This document shows, piece after piece, positions 35,990 through 48,790 of a stretch of 64,000 nucleotides of DNA. The position numbers were made by a program, and so were the translations under genes. Position 1 is the stretch's first letter; each line of letters starts with the position of its first letter. Source of the DNA: Mobula hypostoma (taxonomy: Eukaryota); assembly GCF_963921235.1 (NCBI RefSeq), contig NC_086097.1:220288001-220352000 (forward strand), written 5' to 3'. The notes under the pieces are model-generated. The model was not told the DNA's origin, did no database searches, and saw only the letters and a list, made by a program, of their open reading frames with translations.

Positions 35990-38430
35990 TTAAGCAACAA
36001 GGGGCTTCTCAGAGGGAGTGTAAAATTCATCAAGCTATATGAAGGCTGGAAGGAACAAGTTAGAGCTACACATACCAAATTTAAGGATGAGTGCTCCGAC
36101 CAAGAATTAGGTGACATGATGGATGCTGTTGAAGGGCTGGAGACACAAGTGAGAGATGTGTATGAAAATATAAGATCTCCATCAGCACCTTCTACTGAGA
36201 TTAGAAGAAAGATGGATTCCTGCACAACAGTAACAACAGATTTGATGGAGCTAATGAAAGTACGTATGAGTGAAGTGGGGCAAGAGGAGTTTGATGCTAA
36301 AGCCCAGTCGATATTTGGGACTACAATCTCCAGATCCACTGTCTGTAGCCACCACTCAAGCTGTTTATCAGAACAGTGAAGTATTACAGTAAAAAGAGCA
36401 GAGTGTGCTGCACAGTTTGCTGCAAAGCAGGCCGAAATGGAGATGGAGGAGGCTCTTGCTGTACAAAGGCAAGAACTTAAAAGACTGGAAAATCAGAGAA
36501 ATCTTCAAGTAAATAGCCGCAAAGCTTAAGGCTTACTCTGAAGCTGACTTAGGTGAGGCCTTGGAGGAAAGTAGAGCAGCAAGCAGTGTGCCGGCTAATT
36601 GTCCTCCAATACCTTATAAAGAAATTAAAGGGGAACAAACATGTAAGAACAATAACAATGAACAAACAAACAGTACTAACAATAAAACATCGTTAGTACA
36701 AGCCCTACATGACACGATGGTTCTCACCAGACTCCCTACACTCGAGCCTTCAGTCTTCTCAAGGGAGCCACTTAGGTTCTGGGAATGGAGCACAAGTTTT
36801 AAGGCATTGCTAGAACAGCAATGCACAAATCCAGCTGACAGGTTGTTCTACCTACAAAAATACATCGGTGGTGAGGCAGGATCTGTATTGGAAGGAAGCT
36901 TCTACAGAAAGGATGATGAAACTGACGACCAGGCATGGGAGGCTTTGAATGCTCAGTATGGCCACCCCTTTGTGACCCAGCGCCCATTTCGAGAAAAATT
37001 GAATAACTGGCTAAAGATTGGCTCAAGGGAGTCAGTTGAACTGAGACAATTCAGTGATTTTCTGACAGCCTGTAGCAATGCCATGCCATACATCAAAGGG
37101 CTTCAGGTGTTAAATGACTGTGAAGAGAATCAAAAGATACTCCAAACACTCCTTGATTGGGTGACCTCTCGCTGGAATCGTCGTGTCACAAAGCAGTTGC
37201 GACAAATGGCGGAATTCCCTGATTTCAAGGAATTTGCTGATCTTGTGGCACAAGAAGCAGAAATCGCATGCAAACCTGTAACATCCTTTCATGCCTTGAA
37301 GCCGACTGAAGAAAAGCCATCTACAGACATGAAGCGCACAAAGGCTAACGTGTTCGTTACAATGTGAAAGCGTTGGATAAATCAAGTACAGTGAAGGAAA
37401 CATACAGTGCCATGGAGAACAGCTCAAAGGATTCAAACGGATGCAAGAAGGTAAACTCTTCATTTTCATCTTCAAACCCAGTCACATGCATGTGCTGTGG
37501 AGGAAGCCACTGCGCCCACAAATGCCAAAAGCTCGCCAATAAGCCTGTGGAGGACAAGAGAAGGTTCATATTGGACAATAACCTGTGCTTTGGCTGTCTT
37601 AGGAAAGGACACAATTCAAAGGACTGTAAGAGCAAAACTACCTGTGGCATATGTAAGAAACATCATACACCACTTCATGAAGACCGTCCTTCTGCTGCGG
37701 CAGACACATCTTCTCATGTTATGCAAGTGAAAAAAAAACGCATCTTCCCTTTCTTGTTGTGGAAACAGAGGCGATGGTGGGAGCACATCCATGATAATGC
37801 CTGTATGGATTTCTTCAATCACCACCCCTAAAACAGAGATGTTAGTGTACGCCCTACTGGATACACAGAGTAGCTACACTTTTGTAGATCAAGCGGTGTG
37901 TGAGAAGATGGGGGTAGGGTTAGAGCCAGTCAAGTTAAAGCTTACCACTATGATGGGAAAAGATTCCATTGTTCAGAGTGGAAGAGTCAGTGGACTTGGA
38001 GGGTTTTCCTCGCAAAGTTTCATCAACTTGCCACCCTCCTGTACCAGAGATTTCATCCCACTCGAACGTTCCCACATTCCTACCCCTGAAATGGCCAAGA
38101 GGTGGAAACATCTGAATAGAATGTTCAGGAAACACCAGGGCTATTGGATTGCGAGGTCGGACTCCTGATAGGCTAATACTGCGCGAGAGCGTTGGCACCA
38201 CAACATGTCATCACAGGAGGTGAGGACGAGCCGTATGCTATCAAGACTGACCTGGGTTGGAGTATTGTCAGCAGCTCACCATGGGTCGCAAAGTCGACAG
38301 AAGTGACAGGTCTGTGCCATCATGTATCTGTCAAGGAACTTACACCATTGACACCAGCCACTGTCATTAGAGCCCTTAAATCAGACTTTGGAGATACAAA
38401 TCCTGGGGAACAGAGCATATCACAAGTTGA
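35990..38430 (+). pseudogene. BEL gag-protease region, frameshifted
   Basis: LPTLEPSVFSREPLRFWEWSTSFKALLE; knuckles CMCCGGSHCAHKC, CFGCLRKGHNSKDC, CGICKKHHTPLH; protease YALLDTQSSYTFV; AIKTDLGWSIV. Confidence 0.88.
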
Positions 38431-38728
38431 CCACAAGTCCCAGGTCAGTGGGTCACAGTCTTCGGAATTGCAATCTCTGGAGAACACGCCTACAGTCGAG
38501 AAAGGGGAGGTTTACAACCTGGGGCAGGTAAAACACTCACTGCCTGAGAAGCTTCAACAGTTAGAGTTTTGTCTCAGAGTGGAGACTCGTGAAAAAAGGT
38601 GAAATAATTACACGGCTTGAGCAGGAAACAAAAGCTTGCCAGCAAGAGACTATAAACTTGAATGAAAATGTCAGAATTTCAGGGGATGAAAATCTCTCCT
38701 CCAGGAAGAACTTGAAAATGTCCAGGAA

Positions 38729-39502
38729 ATGTCAGACCAAGTTAAGAATGAGAGAGAGTGCCTGGAGGCAGAATTACTAAAAAATGCCGACAAGATTGAT
38801 CAATTAACTGAAGCACTAAAGACGCTTCATATGCAGAATAATTCACTTGTCAATGAATTAGATTTCTTCAGAGAAGAGAAACATCATTTGATCAGTGAAA
38901 GAGAAGCCCAGGGAGTAAAATTGGTGAAAGAGTTTGAGAAGCGACTCCGGTCTGCTCAGAGGGCTAAGACCACATCCAAGGGTGAAACTAAAGAATTGCA
39001 AGAATTGTTAAAAGAGAAGCAACAGGAAATAATTCAGTTGCAGAAGGACAGTATCAATGATCCCAAAGGCCTAGAGCCACTTACCCCAAACCATTTACTT
39101 ACCATGAAAACCTCTGTCCTGCCACCTCCACCAGGAATATTTATGGCAGAAGATCTGTATGCCAGGATAAGGTGGCGCGGAGTGCAATATCTGACAGAGC
39201 AAATCTGGAGTAGATGGAAGAAGGAATATCTAGCAAGCATCACCCTCAGACAGTCCTGGCACTCCTCAAGACGAAATGTGAGGATTGGAGATATTGTCAT
39301 TGTAAAAGAGGAAGGGATTCCTCATAGTGAATGGAGACTTGGAAGCGTGCTTGATGTTTGTGAAGATGAAGATGGACTGGTGCGAAGAGCCACAATACAA
39401 TTAGGAAATAAAAAGCTAGAAAAAGAGTGTCAACAACCCATTAATCCATCCATTCTTGAATGTCCTATTCATAAATTAGTTGTCCTTGTAGAAAACAACT
39501 AA
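38729..39502 (+). CDS. ORF fusing a coiled-coil-like segment to the BEL post-integrase C-terminal domain (DUF5641-like)
   Basis: E/K/L/Q-rich first 105 aa, then SINDP-EPLTPNHLL...RWRGVQYLTEQIWSRWKKEYL...GDIVIVKE...WRLG...DGLVR...PIHKLVVLVE. Confidence 0.8.
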   Translation: MSDQVKNERECLEAELLKNADKIDQLTEALKTLHMQNNSLVNELDFFREEKHHLISEREAQGVKLVKEFEKRLRSAQRAKTTSKGETKELQELLKEKQQEIIQLQKDSINDPKGLEPLTPNHLLTMKTSVLPPPPGIFMAEDLYARIRWRGVQYLTEQIWSRWKKEYLASITLRQSWHSSRRNVRIGDIVIVKEEGIPHSEWRLGSVLDVCEDEDGLVRRATIQLGNKKLEKECQQPINPSILECPIHKLVVLVENN

Positions 39503-39673
39503 AATGTATTTCAGTGGAACTAATTTCTAAACACCTACCTATGTGGAGAGTTTAAAGTACTAGTCTTGATCTTAGAGTTTGTTACAAATACCAATTACTT
39601 GGTTCTGGAAATTACTAGATTTATTCAAATATTTGTATAAAGGTTATCATAAATCATAGTAATTTGGTGGGAG

Positions 39674-40264
39674 TGTAACTGTCTCAGAGACATGTTTCAT
39701 TGAGATGTTTATTTTATATGTTTTTGTCATAAATTCATGATTATTTTATCACCTTAAAATATTTTATGTAAGGTTTTATTTAATGTAGAGTGTAACGAGT
39801 CACAATGACCTGAGTTTAATGGGTCACATGACCAGAGTTTGATAAAAGCATGACTGTGGCATTATGGGTCAGAACCAGCATGGAAGCAGAGAAAGACACA
39901 TGGCCCTAAAATAACCTCACTCGGCATGTGGTCCAAGAGGCGCACACGGTAATTGTTTTTTTTATTTGTTTTATATAATGTTGATGTGCCTTTACATGGA
40001 CAGTGTGATATGTTTTTAGTGATTTTTATTTGATTTCAGCACACTTTTGTTGTGCCGATATGTTTTGGGGCCGTTTATCGGCGGACACTAGCTTGAAAGA
40101 CTTTAAAAGACTGAGGGATGTATATTTCAAACTTTTTATGCCCTTCATTTTCTTGTAGTTTTCATGGTGTCTACTAAAGAAAGAGCGAGAGAGAAATAAA
40201 AATAAATCTTCATGGACATCTGTGTCTTGCGTGGCCATTATTTCATTGGACCGGTGCAGTTCCA
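39674..40264 (+). repeat. BEL 3' LTR (591 bp)
   Basis: TGTAACTGTCTCAG...GTGCAGTTCCA; AATAAA near 40195. Confidence 0.95.
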
Positions 40265-41234
40265 CCCTCTTATAACATGTATGTATCTCATTTATTATTA
40301 TTATTTTCTACCATAGTATAAAGATGAGTGTTTCATTATCATCTACTGTATTTAGAACAGTAGCGTGCAGGAAAAGGTCCTTCAACCCATGATGTCTGGC
40401 AAACATGATGCCATGTCAAACTAAACCTTTCTACTTGCTCAGGATACATATCCTTCTCTACCCTCTATGTGTCTCATTGTCACCTACCCATGGGTCTTTC
40501 TAAAGTCCTCTTACTACCACCACTACCACTGCCAGCCCATTCAGGCACCTACAGCTCAGTGTAATGAACTCGCCCCGCATATTTCCCTTAAACTTTCTCC
40601 AGTCACTCTAATTTGGTCATCTTTGTCACAATTAAAGCACTTTCATTATTAAAGTTAGCATTTGGTGTCATACTCTTCAGCTGTACAGAGCAAGACGGAT
40701 GATGTCACCATTGTAGCTGTTCAGGTTGTGCATTGCAGTAATGTCATCCCAGTGGTCCAGGAGTTAATGTTTAACCAAGTTAATGTTTAGCTCAATAGCA
40801 ATTTTAAAATTGAAGAGAGCAGCAGTAATTAGGCAATAGTTAATATTTCTGTTATAACACCACACAGTATAGTGCATGAGATGCATTTACTGAACAAGTG
40901 AGTAAGCCCAATGACTATTTCCTCCAACCTATGAAAATAAATAATATTTTAAGCCAATGAAAACAATTTTCTTACTTTTTGATGTAATTTTACTGACCTA
41001 AACCATTAAGTCCCTTTCACTCTCCACAGATACCAATTGAGCAACTGAGAACTTTCAGTATTTGTTTTAGCCTGGCTCAGATTTCATCAGCATCTGTGCC
41101 TCCCGTTATGAGTAGACACAGGGTTAAGGACATTTGGCAGATTTCATACTTTCCTAAACTAAGGATGTTAAATTCGATATGTAGCATTTTAGCGAATCAT
41201 TCCCCATTCCCACATCTCAGGTTATTAACTCATT

Positions 41235-41372
41235 GTGGATAACGCATTGCCAGCTGTCACTCAGTCATGAGATTGTAGGTTCGAGTCCTTGGCAAGATAC
41301 CTGAGTACAAAAACTAAGCTGACAGTCCTGTGTAGTACTGAATAAATGCTGTACTGTCAGAGGTGCTGTGCT
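41235..41372 (+). mobile_element. tRNA-derived SINE head (SacSINE1-like)
   Basis: GTAGGTTCGAGTCC B-box, followed by TGAGTACAAAAACTAAGCTGACA...GTACTG...CTGTCAGAGGTGCTG. Confidence 0.5.
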
Positions 41373-42400
41373 GGAATTGTACGGAACAGTGTGTTAGCAC
41401 AATGTTGGCTTAATTTTGCTTGAGGCTTTCTGGCAGAGACATTCTATCACTAAGGAGGTCCAAAGCATTGAACTTTGATGCCATTGAGGAGCGGCGAGAC
41501 AGCTGGGGATACGGAGTATTCGATAAAGAAGATTATGTCATAAAATCAAGCCAGGGATTGGATAGAAAAGAAGATCAGTGTAAGGTGGAATGATTGGAGA
41601 ACAGGGAGAAGTTAGTGTTGATCAGGTGTTGGACTGAGGGGTGATTGAGGCCCATAGGGTCATCTACTTTGAGGGAAGGAGCCTGGAATAATGCCAAGAA
41701 CAGCTCTTAAAGGAGAACCTACCTGAAACTGTTAGATGTCTGACTCTTGACTGCAATCAGATGAAGGCCTATTTAACCAAGACAACCATTGCAAACAATA
41801 GCCTGCAACTTCCCTTTCGACTTGGAAGCAACTTGATGAGGCAGAGCCAAGGCTTAGAGCAAGGAAGACCTGAGGTTCAATCATACTTGGATAATAAATG
41901 TACTTTGAACTTTAAACTTGGAAGCAAGCCTTCAGTCAAGGCCTACTTTTATATGCAAGGCCCACTCACCTGCCTCAGATAAACAATATTAAGCAGGTGA
42001 TAACAGAGTCAGGTCAGGTCTAAAAGTATATTTGTATTCTTCCAGAAGATCCTCCAAATCCTGGAGTTCTCTGTTTAATGACACAGTATCAGAAACTTCA
42101 CTGCATGTCTTTAACTATTCAAGAAGGCAGTTCACCACCTTTCAAGGGCAGCTAGGGATTGGCAATACATTTAGATCTTGTCACTGAAGTGCATATCTTG
42201 TGAACGAAATGGTGAACTAACTTGTACATGATTTCAAAGTGGTCTCAGGGACCATTTACAAACTAGATTTGTTTACACGTTTATTAATGCATTACATTCA
42301 GTTTTAGTAGTACACCTTGGTGCTTCAAAGCAAAATAATATTGAATATATTTTAATGACAAGTTCTGTTCCAGAAGTCTATATACTGCGATGGAAGCTAC

Positions 42401-45400
42401 TGTAGTGTATTCAATATTTCAGTAATATCAGAGTAATATTGTCAATATATTTGAATAAATATTCTTTGTTTACATAATTCATAATGGGTTATATGTAAGA
42501 AGTATCTGAATGGCATATGTCATTATGTCACCACATCAGATGTGAGGGTCTCACTAAAAAAAATAAGTAGATAAGTATCCCGACTCCTGTGTTTTTCTTT
42601 CAATTAGTTTCTGCGGTTACAAAACATAACGGTGGTAACAAGGAAGTTTAAAAATGAACTCAAGATGACTACCTACCTATTGAAATGCAGCACATTTTTC
42701 TTCGGAATGGGAGAGAGATGTTTGAGTTTATAAAAAAAGGCAGAAAACTGACTAAGTTCACAAGCAACAGCAACAGCTATAGGTTCATAACTAGTGAATA
42801 CTGAGTGATAATAATTTTTTAAAAAGCAGAAATGCCTAGCTGTATTGGAAGGACAGATGTTTTCAATTGCACAAGAGACAACTGGATGATGTATACTGAA
42901 ATAATTGAGCAGTATTTTGAAACAAATGAAATATCCAATGCAAAGCGAGTTCCAGTGTTGCTGAGTGCACTGGGTGGAAAAGCATACTGTAAGTTTACAG
43001 GTTTAACCTTTGCAAGCAAACCAGCCAAAATTAACTTTGCTGATATCACAGGAACACTTAGAACTGAAATCATTGTTGCTTTAGGTTTTATAAAAGGAAC
43101 CAAAAAGAAGGGGTGTCCATTTTAGCGTATATGGCTGAATTGGAGAAACTGAGCATTGTTGGTTCAGTAATGGGCTAAACGATGCACTGAGGGATCATTT
43201 AGTTTGTGGAATCTTAAAAGAAATCATTCAAAAATGGTTCCTAGCGGAAGCACAATTCACATTTAAAAGAGCAGTTGAAATTCCTGTATAACTGCAAACA
43301 ACAGCCAGAGATGCAATTGTGTTACAGTCAGAAACGAAAGTGAGCATGAACAAAATTGTAACATGTAAACAGAAACCTGCCTGGCTGAACAAACTGTGTT
43401 AACGTTTGTTAGGGGCTCAGATACATCAGACCAATACAGGTTTAAGGTCAAAACTTGCAGGAAATGTAACAATGTAGGACACATACAAAGAGCATGTTGG
43501 CAGACAAAAATAAATGGAAGAAAAAAGATAAAAAGACAAGGTACGGTTTCAAAATGAACACTAATCTGTATGTTGTTCATGAAAAATCTGATGAAGGTGA
43601 GAGTAGCACAGGACTGGCTAGCCTTGAGATTTATAATGTGAAAACTAATACAAGACAAACAAGATGGATTGGGTGTTATGTATTGAACCAGAGGTGACTA
43701 GGGATTTTAAGGTAAAAGAACCCTTAGGAGGCAGTGATCAGAATGTGATTGAGTTCAACTTAAAAATTGATAGAGAGAAAGTAAAGTCTGACGTAGCAGT
43801 ATTTCAGTGGAGTAAGAGAAATTACAGTGGTATGAGAGAGGAGTTGTCCAAAGTAAATTGGAAGGAGATGCTGGCAGGGATGACGGCAGAGCAGCAATGG
43901 CGTGAGTCTCTAGGAAAAATGAGGAAGGTGCAGGATAGATGTATTCCAAAAATGAAGGAATGCTCAAATGGCAAAATAGTACAACCGTGGCTGACAAGGG
44001 AAGTCAAGGCTAATGTAAAAGCAAAAGAGAGGGCATACAACAAAGCAAAATTTAGCATAAAGATAGAGGATTGGGAAGCTTTTAAAAACCCACAGCAAGC
44101 AACTAAAAATCATTCGGAGGGAAAAGATGAAATATGAAAGCAAGCTAGTAAACAGTATCAAAGTGAATAGTAAAAGCTTTTTCAAGTATGTATAAAATAA
44201 AAGAGGTGAGAGTGGATATAGGACTGCTAGAAAATGAGGCTAGAGAAATAATAATGGGGGCCAAGGAGATGGCAAATGAACTAAATAAGTATTTTGTATC
44301 AGTCTTCACTGTAGAAGACAGTAGCAGTGTGCCAGGTGTTGAAGGATGTGAGGGAAGAAAAATGAATGCAGTTACTATTACAAGGAAGAAGGTGCTCAAA
44401 AAGCTGAAAGATCTAAGGGTACGTAAGTCACCCGGAGCAGATGAACTGCATCCTAGGGTCCTGAAAGAGGTAATGGTAAACATTGTGGTGGCATTACAAA
44501 TGATCTCTCAAAAATCATTGGACTCTGACCTGGTGCCTGGGGACTGGAAAATTGAAAATGTCACTCCACTCTTTAAGAAAGGAGGGAAGCAGCAGAAAGG
44601 AAGTTATAGATCAGTTAACCTGACCTCAGGGGTAGGGAAGATGTTGCAGTCAGTTGTTAAAGTTGAGGTTATAGAGTACTTGTTGACACAGGACAAGATA
44701 GGACAAAGTCAAAATGGTTTCCTTAGGAGAAAATCCTGCCTGACAAACCTGTTGGAATTCTTTGAGGAGATTACACAGAGGAAAGATAAAGAAGATGGAG
44801 TATATATTGTATATTTGGACTTTCTGAGGCCTTTGACAAGGTGCCACACAAGAGGCTGTTTACCAAGTTAAGAGCCCATGGCATTACAGGAAAGTTACTG
44901 GCATGGTTAGAGCATTGGCTGATTAGTAGGAGGCAGTGAGTGGGAATAAAAAGAATCCCTTTCTGGTTGGCTGCCAATGACTAGTGGTGTTACACAGGGG
45001 TCTTTGTTACGACTGCTTCTTTATATGCTGTATATCAATGATTTAGATGATGGAAGAGATGGTTTTGTTGCCAAGTTTTCTGATGATGTGAAGATTGGTG
45101 GAGGGGCAGGTAGGGTTGAGGAATCAAGTAGGATGCAGAAGGACTTGGACAGATTAGGAGAATGGGCAAGAAAGTGATAAATGAAATACAATGTTGGAAA
45201 ATGCATGGTCGTGCACTTTGGTAGTAAAAATAAATGTGTGGGCTACTTTCTAAACAGGAAGAAAATCCAGGAATCTAAGATGCAGAGGGACTTGGGAGTC
45301 CTTGTGCAGAACACCATAAAGGTTAACTTGCAGGTAGAGTCGGTGGTGAGGAAAGCAAATGCAATGTTAGCATTCATTTCAAGAGGTCTAGAATACAAGA

Positions 45401-47950
45401 GCAAGGATGTAATGCTGAGGCTTTGAGGTGCTGGTGAGGCCTCACCTTAAGTATTGTGAACAGTTTTGGGCTCCTCATCTTAGAAAAGATGTGCGGGCAT
45501 TGGAGAGTTTCCAGAGGAGGTTCACAAGGATGAATCCAGGAATGAAAAGTTTTTCACACGATGAATATTTGATAGCACTGGGTCTGGAATGTAGAAGGAT
45601 GAGGAGGGGATCTCATTGAAACCTTTTGAATCTTGAAAGGCCTAGACAGAGTAGATGTGGAAAGGATATTTCCCACGATGGGGATGTCTAGGACAAGATT
45701 GCACAGCCTCAGGATAGTGAGGTGTTCATTTCAAACAGAGATGTTGAGAAATTTCTTTAGCCAAAGGGTTGTAAGCTTGTGGAATTTTTTGCCTCGCAGC
45801 TGTGGAGGCTAGGTTGTTGGATGTATTTAAGGCAGGGCTTGTTAGGTTTTTGACTGGACATGGCATCAAAGGTTATGAGGAGAAGGCTAGGGAGTGGGGC
45901 TGATCAGGGGAAAAAAGGATCGACCATGATTTAATGGCAGAGCAGAGTCAATGGGCCAAATAGCCCAATTCTGCTCGTCTATCTTATACTATGGTCTTAT
46001 GGTCTTCCTGCATTGAAATATATGCAGTTCAGCACACTAGTCACACCATGCTTAACCTTTTGACTCCTAACTGGTCTGAAGTCTTACTGACATCTGCCTC
46101 CACAACCTCTCCACTAACTGTTCTGGAACTGAAAATGAATTAAGAAAGGTACTGGATGAATCCACAACGGTGTTTGAGGATGGCATTGAAAAACTCAAAC
46201 AAATCAAGGATAAAATAGTGTAAATTAAAATGTCACATCCAAATTTTCCAAAGACAGTTGGGTTCCTTATACCATTCGTGATAAAGTGGCCAGTGAACTA
46301 GAATGCATAAAGGCTGAAGGAATTCTTTCCAAGGTTGTGTGTTGTGTGGAGCTCATGGGCAATGTCACTTGCCCCAGTAGCAAAGAAGAATGGAGCTGTC
46401 GTGATTTTAATGTCCCCATCATCCCAGCACTCAGTGTAGATCTATCTTTGCGAACCTTTCTGGAGGGACACACTTCAGCAAAGTGACTCAGCTAACGGCC
46501 TATCTACAGAAGGAGATGGAAGAAGAGTGTAAAGTATTTCCCACCATAAAACTCACAAAGGGCTTTATCGCTATAATAGGCTTCTTTTTGAAACAGCATC
46601 TGCACTGGCACCCTGGCAGATAACTATGGACCAGGTACTGCAAGGCTGCCCAGGCACTCATTGTAAGGATGACAAGGAAGATCTCCAAAATCTCAAGATG
46701 GTGTTAAAAAGAATAGAAGATGATGGACTCAGACCATGTCAAGACAAGTGTGCATTCTTTAAACCAAGCATCACTTACTGTGGTCACACCACTGACACAC
46801 TAAAATTACACAAGTGCACTGAGAACATTTAAGCAGTGGTGGATGCCCTAAGGTGAAAGAACATTTCACAGTTGAAGTTTTTGGTTTTGTCAATTATCAT
46901 AACAGGTTCCCGCCAAGCCTGGCCCCTCTGGAAGAAATGGCAATGGATAAAGCAATGTGAGGCGGCTTTCCAAAAGGCAAAAGAATTGGTGACATCAGAC
47001 ACTGTACTCACACAAAATGGTCCACATCGTCCAGTGAATCTTGCCCGTCTAAGCATGGTCAAAATGAAAGCATTGGCTCAAAGGTTTGTCCGATGGCTGG
47101 GGATAGATCAAGTAGCTTCCCATGCATGGTTTGGAATGTCAATGCATCCATAAGATGCCAAGAGCAGCACCTCTCCTTCATTGGGAATGGCCGGCATTGG
47201 CCTGGCAGAGGATTCCTGTGGACTTTGACAGGCCATTTGTGGGCACAGATTTCCTGGTAGTAGTGGATGCAGCTACAAAGTGACCAGAAGTGCTCCTGAG
47301 AGCCGTCACTACAGCCTTGCACTCTGTTGAATTGTTGAGAAGGACTGGTGTTCCAGAAAACTTAGTAAATGACAATGGACCACAATTTCTTGCAGAACAG
47401 TTTCAGTCATTCTTGAAAGTGAATGGAATAAGACCTATTTCATCTTCACCAGACCACTCAGCTACTAATGGCTTGGCAGAAAGTTTTATCCAGAGTTTAA
47501 AGAATGTACCCCAAGCAATGTCAGCAGAACACATTACACTGATTCAGAAGCTCGCTAATTTCCTCTTTGCATATCACAACGTGGCACACTCCACAACCAA
47601 CAACTTGCCAGCTATAGTGATTCTGGGTTATCCCTTGTGCTCTCGCTTGGATCTCCTCAAGCCCAATCTTGGAAGGAGTTTGCAGGGCTCCTCAAACAAG
47701 GAGTTCAATGATTCCATCCGGGACAAACAGTCCTGGCAGAGATGATCATAAGTGGGTAGTTGGAAAGATTAAGAATCGAAATGGACCACAGTGGAGACTG
47801 TGTCTCATATCATCTGGAGATGACACGTCACTCAGTTGAGGAGAGCAGAGTCAATTGTTAGAGAAGGTGTCCAGAGCTGTCAGAACCATTTCTGGCAGTC
47901 TCAGAGTCAACTCCTACAACCCTGCAGGAGGAGGCCCCAAATCCTGAGGG
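42401..47950 (+). mobile_element. Ty3/Gypsy (Mag/K02A2.6-like) LTR retrotransposon, decayed; 5' LTR only
   Basis: LTR 42401-42631 then PBS-like TGGTAACAAGGA; Gag IGRTDVFNCTRDNWMMYTEIIEQYFETNEI, knuckle CRKCNNVGHIQRAC; RT remnants 46250-46830; integrase GVPENLVNDNGPQF...HSATNGLAESFIQSLK. Confidence 0.85.
43664..46007 (+). mobile_element. CR1 ORF2 fragment inserted in the Gypsy element
   Basis: ORFs 43664-44137, 44188-44871, 44977-45177 (KFSDD) and 45181-45619; tail ATGGTCTTATGGTCTT; same subfamily as 132-3212. Confidence 0.95.
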
Positions 47951-47954
47951 CATA

Positions 47955-48790
47955 GTTCACTGGTAGATAGGGTGGAGAAGAGGGCATTTGGTGTCCTGGC
48001 CTACATCAATCAGGCCACTGAGAAGTTATGTTGCATTATATAAATCATTGGTAAGGCCACGCCTGGAGTAATGTGTAGTTTTGGTCACCCTTCTGGGAAA
48101 AATGTTATCAAATTAGGAAGAGTGTAGAAGAGATACACCAAGGTGGTGCCTGGTCTTGAGGGCCTGGATTACAAAGAGGGGTTGTGTAGATTCAGACTTT
48201 ATTCCCTGGAAAGTAGGAAATTGAGGGGTGACCTGATAGAGGTACATAACATTATGAGTTTGGGGGGCAAACAACAGGAATTCTGCAGATGCTGGAAATT
48301 CAAGCAACACACATCAAAGTTGCTGGTGAACACAGCAGGCCAGGCAGCATCTCTAGGAAGAGGTACAGTCGATGTTTCAGGCCGAGACCCTTCGTCAGGA
48401 CTTGGGGGGGGGGGGGGGGAGAGAGGGTTTGACAACATGAAAACACATTGCCTTTTACCCAGTGAGGATGTTCTAAAAACAAGAAAGCATAGATTTAAGA
48501 CTAGAGGCAGGAGATTTAAAAGGGGCATCAGGGGGAGTTTCTTCATGCAAAGGGTGGTACACATTTGGAATGAGGTGCAAAAAGAAATGATTGTTGTGGG
48601 CACATTTTAGCATTTAAATGTTGAGGGGAACATTTAAAGGATATCTGGATAAGTACATAGATGGGAGTGGTTTAGAGGGCTCTGGGACGAACACAGGCAA
48701 ATGGGATTAGCTCACTGGGCCAACACAGACAGCATGAAACAGTTGGGGCTGAAGGGCCTGTTACTGTGCACTATAACTTTATGACTCTAT
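47955..48790 (+). mobile_element. Old CR1 3' fragment containing a Penelope pLTR insertion
   Basis: LVRPRLE...LYSLESRKLRGDLIEVHNIM, then KTRKHRFKTRGRRFKRGIRGSFFMQRVVHIWN after the insert. Confidence 0.85.
48268..48401 (-). mobile_element. Penelope pLTR with intact minimal hammerhead core
   Basis: Reverse complement AGTC-CTGACGA-A-GGGTCTCGGCCT-GAAAC-ATC-GACT (48367-48402). Confidence 0.8.

Larger units (their letters stand above)
31777..40264 (+). mobile_element. BEL/Pao LTR retrotransposon, non-autonomous, bounded by TSD
   Basis: TSD CCCTC at 31772-31776 and 40265-40269; TG...CA LTRs; PPT TTTGGTGGGAG before 39674; Gag with three Cys/His knuckles, aspartic protease and BEL C-terminal domain. 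Confidence 0.95.

Noticed and set aside
48143..48610. 155-aa ORF that looks like a novel fusion
   Set aside because: CR1 frame read through an inserted pLTR and poly-G; no evidence of function
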